The notes beneath the pieces are model-generated. The model was not told the origin of the DNA. It ran no database searches and saw only the letters and a program-made list of their open reading frames with translations. The translations under genes were made by a program, and so were the position numbers. Shown here in pieces: positions 1-7,692 of a DNA stretch of 25,632 nucleotides. Numbering within the stretch: position 1 is the stretch's first letter; every line of letters begins with the position of its first letter. Origin of the DNA: Candidatus Multivoradales bacterium (GTDB lineage Bacteria > Acidobacteriota > Thermoanaerobaculia > Multivoradales > JAHEKO01); assembly GCA_965223855.1 (NCBI GenBank), contig CBDCXM010000005.1:1-25632 (forward strand), in the 5' to 3' direction.

Positions 1-197
1 TCGGCGACGGCGAACGCTGCCTCGTTGATCGCCCGGCGAAGCTTCGGATCGCTCCGCGCCATCGCGTACTTCGTGACGTTGACGGGCACACACGCCGCCT
101 TCTCCCCGCGCTGCACCACTTCCGCCGCCTCCCGCGCCACATCGGCCGGCTTCCCGGGCGAGATCGACAGGTGCCCCAGCGGATGCTTGGGCGTCAT
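1..197 (-). CDS. WecB/TagA/CpsF family (GT26) glycosyltransferase, N-terminal part (runs off the window)
   Basis: Not in the ORF track. ATG at 197 overlaps the carbamoyltransferase stop (ATGA). Manual translation is MTPKHPLGHLSISPGKPADVAREAAEVVQRGEKAACVPVNVTKYAMARSDPKLRRAINEAAFAVA(D), matching the N(V)xK...D..L...I..A....(AD)G pattern of WecG/TagA N-termini. Confidence 0.75.
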   Translation of the reverse strand, partial: MTPKHPLGHLSISPGKPADVAREAAEVVQRGEKAACVPVNVTKYAMARSDPKLRRAINEAAFAVA

Positions 198-1924
198 TTC
201 TCGACGATGAAGTCTTCGAGCTGCAGGACGTCGAGATCGGAGTTGAGGAAGGTGCGGATCGCGTCCTGCGGCGAGCAGACGATGGGGTCGCCGTGCAGAT
301 TGAACGACGTGTTGAGCACCCCACCGACCCCGGTCAGCGACTCGAACTTGCTCAGCAGATCGTGGAAGTCGGGGTGGTACTCCGCGTCCACGACCTGCGC
401 CCGCGCCGAGCGATCGAACGGCTGCAGGCCGGCGGCAATGTCGCTCCAGGCGGGCTCCTTCGTATCGGGAGCGATCGTCATGAACGGCGAGCGATAGTCG
501 GGGCGAAGATCGAGATAGCGCTCACGATGGGACTCGAGGATCGCGGGGGCGAACGGCATCCAGAAGTCGCGCATTTTGATCGCCCGATTGATGGTGTGGA
601 TGATGCTCGGGTCCCTCGGATCGGCGACGATCGAGCGGTGGCCCAGAGAGCGCGCTCCCCACTCCATGCGACCGCGGAACCGCCCGACGATCTTCTTGCC
701 GGCGATGTGCTCCGCAACCGCCGAGTTGGGGTCCTCGGTCCGTTCTACCTTGAAGCCCTCGGCCGGCAGCTCCTCCTCGAGCGCACGCTCGCACTCGTCG
801 TTCGTGAAGGAGGGGCCCCAGTCGATCATCGGCAGCGGCTCGACCTCCTCCCAACCGAGGCCGCTCTCGAGAGCCGCGAGAATCGCCGCTCCGACCGGGT
901 TCGACTCGTCCCCGCAACTGGGGAAGACGAACAGCGACTCGACTTCCGGCAACTGGCTGATGAGGTAGTTGAGCTTGACATTCATGAAGCCACCGCCCGA
1001 CAGAGCCAGGTTGCCGATCCCGGTCTCTCGAACGGTGTTGCGGACCCACTCGAGGCAGACCTCCTCGAAGACGTCCTGAGCGGCGCCGGCGATGATGTCG
1101 AAACGGCGGCCGCGCAGGTCGCGCTCGAGCCGCCCGGCGAACTGCCACTTCCAGACGCCCGACGTGTTGAGGAAGCTCATCGGCCTCTTCGGGTCGATAC
1201 CGAAGTAACCGCGGAAGCAGTCGCGCACCTCGTCGCGGCCGTAGCCACCTGCGTAGGGCGCCATCCCCATGAGCTTGTACTCGTGGGACATCGGCTTCAT
1301 GCCCAGATGCTGGGTCACCCGGGTGTAGAACTCGCAGATCGAGTTGTAGTTGAAGACCTCCTCGAGCCGCGAGAGCCGCCCGTTCTCGCCGATGTTGACG
1401 GTCGCGCAGACGGCGTCGCCCGAGCCGTCGAGAGTCACGACCAGGGTCGGTCGATCGCGATACCAGCTCGGGTAGTAGGCGGTCGCGGCATGGAGCTCGT
1501 GATGCTCGAAGAACGAGACCCGCTCGGTCGCGATGCCCATCTGCGAGAGACGCTTCCCGAAGTCCTCCCGCCGGCCTTTGAACAGGCGACGCCCGAGTGC
1601 CTGTGCAAGGGCGACGTTGCGGGAACTCTGGAGCAGGCTCTCAGGCAGCAGCCTCGCTCCCCATCCGAAGACCCGTTTGTGCATCCCGGGCCGGTGATAG
1701 CCGTCGTGGCCGATCTGCGGCAATAGCGAGCAGACGCCGACGGCATCGACCTCTCCCGCCTGCTTGCCGGCCATCTCCAAGCACCGTTCGATCGCAAGTG
1801 CCGGGAAGCCGCTCCACTCCTTCTCGCGGTTGAGCCTCTCCTCCGACAGACAGGCCACGACCCGTCCGTCTTCGAGCAGGCAGGCGGTCGCCGTGTGTCC
1901 GTCGTGAATCCCGAGTGTCAGCAC
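194..1924 (-). CDS. Carbamoyltransferase, NodU/CmcH/TobZ family
   Basis: 576 aa. Motifs GIHDGH..A, EERLNREK, HHELHA, DGSGD, EYKLMGMAPY, LSGGGFMNVKLN, GRMEWGARSLGHRS, FWMPFAP and NTSFNLHG.PIV. GTG start overlaps the upstream stop. Confidence 0.95.
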   Translation of the reverse strand: MLTLGIHDGHTATACLLEDGRVVACLSEERLNREKEWSGFPALAIERCLEMAGKQAGEVDAVGVCSLLPQIGHDGYHRPGMHKRVFGWGARLLPESLLQSSRNVALAQALGRRLFKGRREDFGKRLSQMGIATERVSFFEHHELHAATAYYPSWYRDRPTLVVTLDGSGDAVCATVNIGENGRLSRLEEVFNYNSICEFYTRVTQHLGMKPMSHEYKLMGMAPYAGGYGRDEVRDCFRGYFGIDPKRPMSFLNTSGVWKWQFAGRLERDLRGRRFDIIAGAAQDVFEEVCLEWVRNTVRETGIGNLALSGGGFMNVKLNYLISQLPEVESLFVFPSCGDESNPVGAAILAALESGLGWEEVEPLPMIDWGPSFTNDECERALEEELPAEGFKVERTEDPNSAVAEHIAGKKIVGRFRGRMEWGARSLGHRSIVADPRDPSIIHTINRAIKMRDFWMPFAPAILESHRERYLDLRPDYRSPFMTIAPDTKEPAWSDIAAGLQPFDRSARAQVVDAEYHPDFHDLLSKFESLTGVGGVLNTSFNLHGDPIVCSPQDAIRTFLNSDLDVLQLEDFIVEK

Positions 1925-3078
1925 GAATCGTGTCCCTCCAGAAGGACCTCACTGAGGGCGTGAAAGGCCCAGGCCTGGCTCCAACGCATGTAGGGGATGC
2001 GCACCATGAGAGTGCGCTTTTGGAAGTAGAAGTAGCCCCGGGGGTCCTGGAAGCTCTCGATCATGCGTCGCAGAACTCGATCGCGCAACCCGTTGTGACG
2101 AGACGCCTCCCGGCTCAGGAGCACCACCGCCTGAGCATAGGAGTGTATGTCTTCCGGCTCCCGCCGATCGTGGAAATACTTCGCCGTGCCGTCGGGCTCG
2201 AAGAAGTTGGCGCAGTAGAAGGCGAGGCCGCGCTCGTAAGCATCTTCGACGTCGTAGCCGCACTCCCCCAGGTAGCTCAAGCAGTGCAGGTTGAAGCCGG
2301 TGTGGAAGGAGTCGATCCACTGCTGGAAGCTGGTGTCGGCGTACCACCACGAGCCGTCCCCGCGCTGCCGGTCGAGGGTGAAGCGCAACGCCTGCTCGGT
2401 GACCGCGCGTGCCTCGGCGTCCGGGTGGTGCTCCTCGAGCCGTGCCAGAAGCGACGCCCCCAGCAGATTGGCGTTGTGGACCACGGTGCGGTCGATCGGC
2501 GTGTAGCTCAGGCACAGCTCCCCGTCGCCCTCGGTCCGATTGAGGTCCCGGACGATGAAGCTTTGGATGGGAACGGCGAGCTCGAGGGCCCGCTCGCTGC
2601 CGGTGTAGCGATAGGTATCGAGGAGCGCGTGGCCGACGAACGACGAGTTGACGATGGTCGGAGTTCCGCGAGGGACGAAGAACGCCCTCGACTGCCAATC
2701 GAACGGATACCCCCAGCCGTTGCCCGAGATGCCGGAACTCCGGGTCTCGGAGAGCAGCTCCAGCAGCGACTCGATCCGCTCGAGGTAGCGCTCCTCGCCG
2801 GTCGCGCGGAAGAGCTTGGCGTACCCCCACAGGAACAGGCCGAGCCCCTTGGCATTGAGCTGCTTGCGAACCAGCAGCAGGGGCCGGAGATTGACCGGCA
2901 GGCGCTTCAAGAGCTGAATCCAGGCGATGCGCGGATACTTGCGACCGAACGAGAGCGCTCTCGCCACCGGGCTGTTGAGCGCGTCGTAGGGGTCGTAGCC
3001 GCGGTAGTCCTCCCGCTCCACATAGGCGGTGAGTTTCTCGAGAGAAGCCTGAGCTTCTCGCTGGGCGGCAGCCGGCAT
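1918..3078 (-). CDS. Conserved polysaccharide-locus protein, probable (alpha/alpha)-barrel (six-hairpin glycosidase-like) fold; function unknown
   Basis: Start trimmed to ATG 3078, which has GAGGA upstream and lies 11 nt after the oxidoreductase stop. Motifs GYDPYDALNS, WGY.FDWQSR, P.IVNSSF, VHNANLLG, DGSW.Y, WIDSFHTGFNL and YMRWSQAW are typical of a family seen in LPS/EPS loci. The fold is inferred. Confidence 0.75.
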   Translation of the reverse strand: MPAAAQREAQASLEKLTAYVEREDYRGYDPYDALNSPVARALSFGRKYPRIAWIQLLKRLPVNLRPLLLVRKQLNAKGLGLFLWGYAKLFRATGEERYLERIESLLELLSETRSSGISGNGWGYPFDWQSRAFFVPRGTPTIVNSSFVGHALLDTYRYTGSERALELAVPIQSFIVRDLNRTEGDGELCLSYTPIDRTVVHNANLLGASLLARLEEHHPDAEARAVTEQALRFTLDRQRGDGSWWYADTSFQQWIDSFHTGFNLHCLSYLGECGYDVEDAYERGLAFYCANFFEPDGTAKYFHDRREPEDIHSYAQAVVLLSREASRHNGLRDRVLRRMIESFQDPRGYFYFQKRTLMVRIPYMRWSQAWAFHALSEVLLEGHDSC

Positions 3079-3089
3079 TCTCGAGATCC

Positions 3090-5249
3090 TCAGTCCGGCT
3101 GCAGGCCGATCGGCTGCCGCGTTCTTAGCGACTCGACGGCGGCGAAGGTGGCACGGCTGGTAGCGAGGAGCTCGGCGATCGGAATCGGGGACTCCGTCCC
3201 GTTCGAGAGGCTGTCGAGGAATGCACGCACCATCGCCGCCTGCCCCTTGTCGGGCTGCAGCAGCTTCTTCCGGTAGGGCTTGGCTCCGCCTCGGATCTCG
3301 AGTCGGCGGAAGTCGGTCAGGGTGGCGATCGAGCCGTCCTGAAACACCTCGAGGCGCTCCTTGGACGACGACTTCGTTCCGTTGGCGAAGTAGCTCACGG
3401 TGCCGATCGAGCCGTCGCCGAATTCGAGCGTCAACACTGCCGTGTCGCAAAGCCCTTCGGGATCAGCGAGCGCGACGCTGTGCACGCTCGTCGCCGGAGC
3501 ACCACAGAGGAAGGTCATGAGATCGATGAAATGGCAAGCCTCACCGATAATGCGACCGCCGCCGATCTCCCGGTCCTGCTGCCAGCTGTCTGCCGGCATC
3601 GAGCCGGCGTTGACCCTGTAGGCCATCGCCAGCGGACCCGCGCCGAGGCGGGACTTGAGCGCATTCGCCAGCGGCGAAAAGCGCCGGTTGAAGCCCACCA
3701 TCAGAAGCGGGCTCGACGGCGCCGCGGCAAGGGCCTCCGTGATCGCCGTGAGCTCCTCCTCGTCGAGCGCCAGCGGCTTCTCTACGAAAACGCTCTTCCC
3801 CGTCTCGAGAGCCTGGACCACGTAGGCGGCGTGGCTATCGTGGCGGGTGGCGACGAACACCGCATCGACCGCATCGGAAGCAAAGATGTCCCCTTCGTCC
3901 GCCGTGCACAGTTCGAAGTCGAACTTCTCGGCGACGCGCTTGCTGGTCGTCCCGGAACGCGTCAGGACTGCGACGCGACGCAGACGCGAGTCCCGCGGCA
4001 GGTTGGGCAGGAGGCTCCCCTGCGCATAACTCCCGGCGCCGACGAAGGCGACTCCCAACTCGTCGCCTGCGGGTGAGCGTGAGGCGCCACTGCCTACGGC
4101 CACCTGCTGCGGCGTCAGCGACGCACCCTCCGGATACTCGAGGATCACGCCGAGGCTCGGTTCGCCCGATTCCAGCACCAGGTCGAAGGCCTCTCCGGCT
4201 CGTTCGATCGGGAACTGGTGGGTCGTGAGCGCCGCGACGTCGACCCTCCCCGAGTGCACGAGGTTCTGAAACGCCTGCATGTTGCGGTTCTCGGTCCAGC
4301 GGACGTAGGCGGGCGGATAGTCGAGGCCCTTCTCCTCGTAGGCAGGGTCGTAGCGCCCGGGGCCGTAGGAGCACGACATCCGCAGCTCGAGCTCCTTGCG
4401 GTAGTAGTGCGGCTCGCGATCGAAACCGGTCGGCACGTCGCCGACCACCACCACACGCCCCTTCTTGCGCGCCAACTCACCGGCCAGGTTGATCGGATCG
4501 AGGCTCGAAGTCGCCGCGGTCAGGATGACCGCATCGGCCCCTAGCGCCTCCGTCCTCCGCAGGATCTCGTCGACCAGCCCGGGGTCGTCGCGAACCCAGG
4601 CCTCGTCGACCGATCCCTCTCGAGCCTGGGTCACGGCGTCGCGGTCGATGTCGATACCGAAGACCCGCACCCCTCCGGCTCGCAGGAGGCGACCCGTCAG
4701 CTGCCCGAGCAGGCCGAGACCGACGACCACGCAGACCTCGCCGAGCTGGAGCCTGGCCTGCCTCACCCCCTGGAGGGCGATCGCGCCCAGGGTGTTGTAC
4801 GCGGCGTCCCTCAGGTCGGCGTCGTCCGGGAGCCTCACGCAGAGATTCGTCGGCACCGTCACGAACTCGGCGTGCGACGCGGTGCCGCCGCCGCAGGCGA
4901 CCCGATCGCCGATCTGGAAGCCGGAGGCACTCGGCCCCACCGCGACCACCTCCCCGGCACTGCTGTAGCCGAGAGGCGAGTAGGCGTCGAGCCGCTTGCG
5001 GACCGCGCGGTAGGTCTGAGTAGGACCGGCGCTCTTCAGGGTTTCGATCACCTGCCGCACCTGCTGTGGCCGCTCCCGGGCTTTGCCGATCAGCCCCTTG
5101 CGCGCCGCCCGGACGGTCGATCCCTCGGTCCCCGCGCTGATAAGCGAGTAGTGATTGCGCACCAACACTTCGGCGTCGCCGACGACCGGTGGGGGGACCT
5201 CCTGGACCCTCATCTCACCGCTGCCGAGCTGCTGTGTGAGCTGTTTCAT
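3090..5249 (-). CDS. Bi-domain oxidoreductase (MDR/zinc-binding ADH-like domain fused to a Gfo/Idh/MocA domain)
   Basis: Start trimmed to ATG 5249 (MKQLTQQL). N-domain has SLISAGTE, LGYSSAG, GLGLLGQ and SCSYGPGRYD..YE..G.DYP..YVRWTE.RN. C-domain has GAGSYA, ATRHDSH, VFVEKP, VGFNRRFSP and GGRIIGEACHFID. Confidence 0.92.
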   Translation of the reverse strand: MKQLTQQLGSGEMRVQEVPPPVVGDAEVLVRNHYSLISAGTEGSTVRAARKGLIGKARERPQQVRQVIETLKSAGPTQTYRAVRKRLDAYSPLGYSSAGEVVAVGPSASGFQIGDRVACGGGTASHAEFVTVPTNLCVRLPDDADLRDAAYNTLGAIALQGVRQARLQLGEVCVVVGLGLLGQLTGRLLRAGGVRVFGIDIDRDAVTQAREGSVDEAWVRDDPGLVDEILRRTEALGADAVILTAATSSLDPINLAGELARKKGRVVVVGDVPTGFDREPHYYRKELELRMSCSYGPGRYDPAYEEKGLDYPPAYVRWTENRNMQAFQNLVHSGRVDVAALTTHQFPIERAGEAFDLVLESGEPSLGVILEYPEGASLTPQQVAVGSGASRSPAGDELGVAFVGAGSYAQGSLLPNLPRDSRLRRVAVLTRSGTTSKRVAEKFDFELCTADEGDIFASDAVDAVFVATRHDSHAAYVVQALETGKSVFVEKPLALDEEELTAITEALAAAPSSPLLMVGFNRRFSPLANALKSRLGAGPLAMAYRVNAGSMPADSWQQDREIGGGRIIGEACHFIDLMTFLCGAPATSVHSVALADPEGLCDTAVLTLEFGDGSIGTVSYFANGTKSSSKERLEVFQDGSIATLTDFRRLEIRGGAKPYRKKLLQPDKGQAAMVRAFLDSLSNGTESPIPIAELLATSRATFAAVESLRTRQPIGLQPD

Positions 5250-5262
5250 GACCCGCTGACCG

Positions 5263-5284
5263 CGCCGGTAATCTAACACCGGCG
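5263..5284 (-). promoter_or_regulatory. Candidate internal promoter: extended -10 (TG-T-TAGATT) inside a 7-bp inverted repeat
   Basis: Minus strand reads CGCCGGT-GTTAGATT-ACCGGCG. TAGATT (5275-5270) lies 20 nt upstream of the oxidoreductase ATG. No well-spaced -35. Confidence 0.35.
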
Positions 5285-5315
5285 ACGATGCATGTTTGCT
5301 GCAAGTGAGATCGCC

Positions 5316-5334
5316 CGAGGCTGGGTTAGCCTCG
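5316..5334. other. Stem-loop just downstream of the GT4 stop
   Basis: CGAGGCT-GGGTT-AGCCTCG, a perfect 7-bp stem 7 nt after the stop at 5342. There is no U-tract, so it is not a classic intrinsic terminator. Confidence 0.4.
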
Positions 5335-5341
5335 AGAGCGC

Positions 5342-6511
5342 CTAGGCCTGTTCGATCGCTCGCCTCAGAACACGACCCAGCCGGGGCGCGATGACCGAGA
5401 TGTCGAAATCGGCCCGTACGCGACGGTAGTTGTGGCGCGCAATCCGGTCCCGCAGCTCCCGATCGGCAAGCAATCGGTCGATCGCCTTCGCCAGGGCGTC
5501 GATGTCGCCGGTCGGCACTTCGAGTCCGTCGATCCCGTCCTTCAAGACCTCCTTGTGAGCGCCGACAGGGGTGTAGATCACCGGCTTGCCCATACACATC
5601 GCCTCCACCAGGGCTCGCGAGAACCCCTCTGAGTAAGACGGCAGAACAAACAGGTCACAGCTTGCGAGGTGGCCCCGCAGCTCGTCGGGCCCGACCACAC
5701 CGAGGTTGGTGTACTTCGCTGCGTGCGGCCCTGCGACGAACTCGGCCTCGACAGCGAACGGATCCTCGTACCGCAACGGCTCCCCGGTCGTCTGGTCGTA
5801 GAGGACGTTGCGCTCACCTCGTCGCATCGTGCCCGCGACCAGCAGACGAAACGTCTCGTGCCTTTCCGCTACCGGCCCCACCGCTCTGAGCAGGTCGCAG
5901 TAGCCCTTGGCCTGCGTCAGATGACCGACGAAGAGCACCTCACCGGGCTCGTATCTGTCGAGATCAGGGTTCTCGTAGTGCGAACTCTCGATCGCCTGAT
6001 AGATGCAGTGGATGCATTCCTGAGGCACCAGCCCCGAGAACTGCTCCGCCATGTAGTCGGCCTGTACCACCGCGGCGGCCACCCGCCCGCAGGCGCGCTC
6101 CACCCGGCGTCGCACCCATGGCCGGAACGACTGAAAGTTCAGCTTGAAGTGGCCGGCCCTCAGATGGATGACCACCGGAACTCGGAACAGGCGACACAGC
6201 CCCAGGCACCACAGGTCCCGTCCGATCCAGCCGACCTGGGTGGCGGTGATCGGGTAGTACGCGACATCCGGCCGATCTCGCAGGAGCTTCACGACCAGGC
6301 GCGTGACGAAATTGAAGAAGGCGAGCACCATCGCCGGATCCAGGCGGCCCTTTCGGACGTTGGAGCGACGAACGTTCGTCCGCAGGAACGAGATCTCGAA
6401 CTCCTCCTTCAGCCCCGATTCGAGGAAGAGCTTCATCCCCATCTCGGGGCCGGAATACGGCGGCGGGAGCGGGCCTATGAAGAGCGCCGTGGGAATCTCT
6501 GGGCGATTCAT
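5342..6511 (-). CDS. Glycosyltransferase family 4 (GT-B)
   Basis: Start trimmed to ATG 6511 (MNRPEIP). Motifs GPLPPPYSG, VIHLRAG, LFVGHL...KG and FVLPSYSEGFSRALVEAM (EX7E). Confidence 0.9.
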   Translation of the reverse strand: MNRPEIPTALFIGPLPPPYSGPEMGMKLFLESGLKEEFEISFLRTNVRRSNVRKGRLDPAMVLAFFNFVTRLVVKLLRDRPDVAYYPITATQVGWIGRDLWCLGLCRLFRVPVVIHLRAGHFKLNFQSFRPWVRRRVERACGRVAAAVVQADYMAEQFSGLVPQECIHCIYQAIESSHYENPDLDRYEPGEVLFVGHLTQAKGYCDLLRAVGPVAERHETFRLLVAGTMRRGERNVLYDQTTGEPLRYEDPFAVEAEFVAGPHAAKYTNLGVVGPDELRGHLASCDLFVLPSYSEGFSRALVEAMCMGKPVIYTPVGAHKEVLKDGIDGLEVPTGDIDALAKAIDRLLADRELRDRIARHNYRRVRADFDISVIAPRLGRVLRRAIEQA

Positions 6512-6548
6512 CCGAGTCGTCTCGCTACGGAAGCAGTGACGTACAGAG

Positions 6549-7685
6549 TCAATCCGACCGACCCACTGCCTGACGGAACGACCGCACGAAGGCATCTGCC
6601 GCCGCCGCGAGAGTGACCTCGCTCCTGACGAAACGGCGCGCACGGCGGCCGAGAGCCCGGCATTCCGCGGGAGCGTCGAGAAGGGAGTCGATCCTTCGGG
6701 CTACGGCCTCGGCATCGGAGAAGTCCACTGCGTAGCCCGTCTCGCCATCTCTGACGAGATCGGCGGTCGCCCCGGCCTCCTTCGAGCTGAGACAAGGCAG
6801 GCCCGCGGCCATCGCCTCGACGAGCACGAGCCCCCACACGTCGTACTCGCTCGGGAACACGAATAGGTCGGTGTTCGCAAGGAACGCCGGCAGCTCGGAC
6901 TGCTGCCGAAAGCCCTCGAACCGAACTCGATCAGCCATCCCAAGCTCGCGCGCCTGCTGTTCCAGCGCCGATCGGCACGGCCCGTCGCCGACGAGGGTGA
7001 GAACGACGTTCGGCTCACGGTCGCGCAACCGGGCCATCGCGACGAGCATGCGATCGAGGCGCTTACCCTCGGTGAGGTTGCCGATGTGAAGGAGCCGGTG
7101 TGGAGTCGTCGCGGCATCCTTGCTCGCCCGATGACCATCGACTTCTCTCGCGAAGTGCTCGATGTCCACGGTGTTCATCGCGATCTCGATATCGGTTGGC
7201 GCTGCACCGAGGCCGAGGAGGTAATCCCTGGCCCTGCTGCCATAAGCGAGGAACCCGGTGGCCCGCGCCACCAGCCACCTCCGGAGCCATCTTCGCGGCA
7301 CGCCGACCCGTCGATGACGGTTCTCGATCGCCCCCGACCAGATCACGTAGGGCCAACGCCTCAACAGGCTGAGCCCTACTGTGGCCATGTTGAAACCGCC
7401 AACTACGACCGCGTCGGGACGCGCTCGTCGCAGGGCCCGAGTCAGGCCACGATAGCTGAACAGAGCAAACTCCCGACCGGCGAGGGACCAGTCACGATTG
7501 TTCAAGATCTCGAAGCGGACCGGATGTCCCTGGAGCTCGACCTCCCATTGGCGTCGCTCGTAACCGGCCGCCGCGAAGATCACCTTCAGCTCATCTCCCT
7601 CAGCAGCGAGTCGACTCGCCAGCTCCTCGAAAAGCGGCAAGCGATAGGGCGTCGGAATATTCGTCACGACGACGAGCCGACTCAT
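6549..7685 (-). CDS. Glycosyltransferase family 4 (GT-B)
   Basis: 378 aa with GGAG RBS. Motifs TNIPTPYR.PLF, NTVD, HIGNL...K and FVFPSEYDVWGLVLVEAMAAGLP. Confidence 0.92.
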   Translation of the reverse strand: MSRLVVVTNIPTPYRLPLFEELASRLAAEGDELKVIFAAAGYERRQWEVELQGHPVRFEILNNRDWSLAGREFALFSYRGLTRALRRARPDAVVVGGFNMATVGLSLLRRWPYVIWSGAIENRHRRVGVPRRWLRRWLVARATGFLAYGSRARDYLLGLGAAPTDIEIAMNTVDIEHFAREVDGHRASKDAATTPHRLLHIGNLTEGKRLDRMLVAMARLRDREPNVVLTLVGDGPCRSALEQQARELGMADRVRFEGFRQQSELPAFLANTDLFVFPSEYDVWGLVLVEAMAAGLPCLSSKEAGATADLVRDGETGYAVDFSDAEAVARRIDSLLDAPAECRALGRRARRFVRSEVTLAAAADAFVRSFRQAVGRSD

Positions 7686-7692
7686 GCCGCTC

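Noticed and set aside
293-3276. Long plus-strand ORFs (293-1726, 1915-3276) and similar ones elsewhere (5669-6616, 17698-18699, 23207-24292)
   Set aside because: Antisense shadows of well-supported minus-strand genes. Such ORFs are expected in high-GC DNA and show no family motifs.
3079-6643. Extended N-termini in the ORF track (starts at 3450, 5597 and 6643; likewise 19020, 20066 and 23460)
   Set aside because: Most extensions overlap upstream genes. Internal ATGs with an RBS, a stop-start overlap or a family-typical N-terminus fit better.
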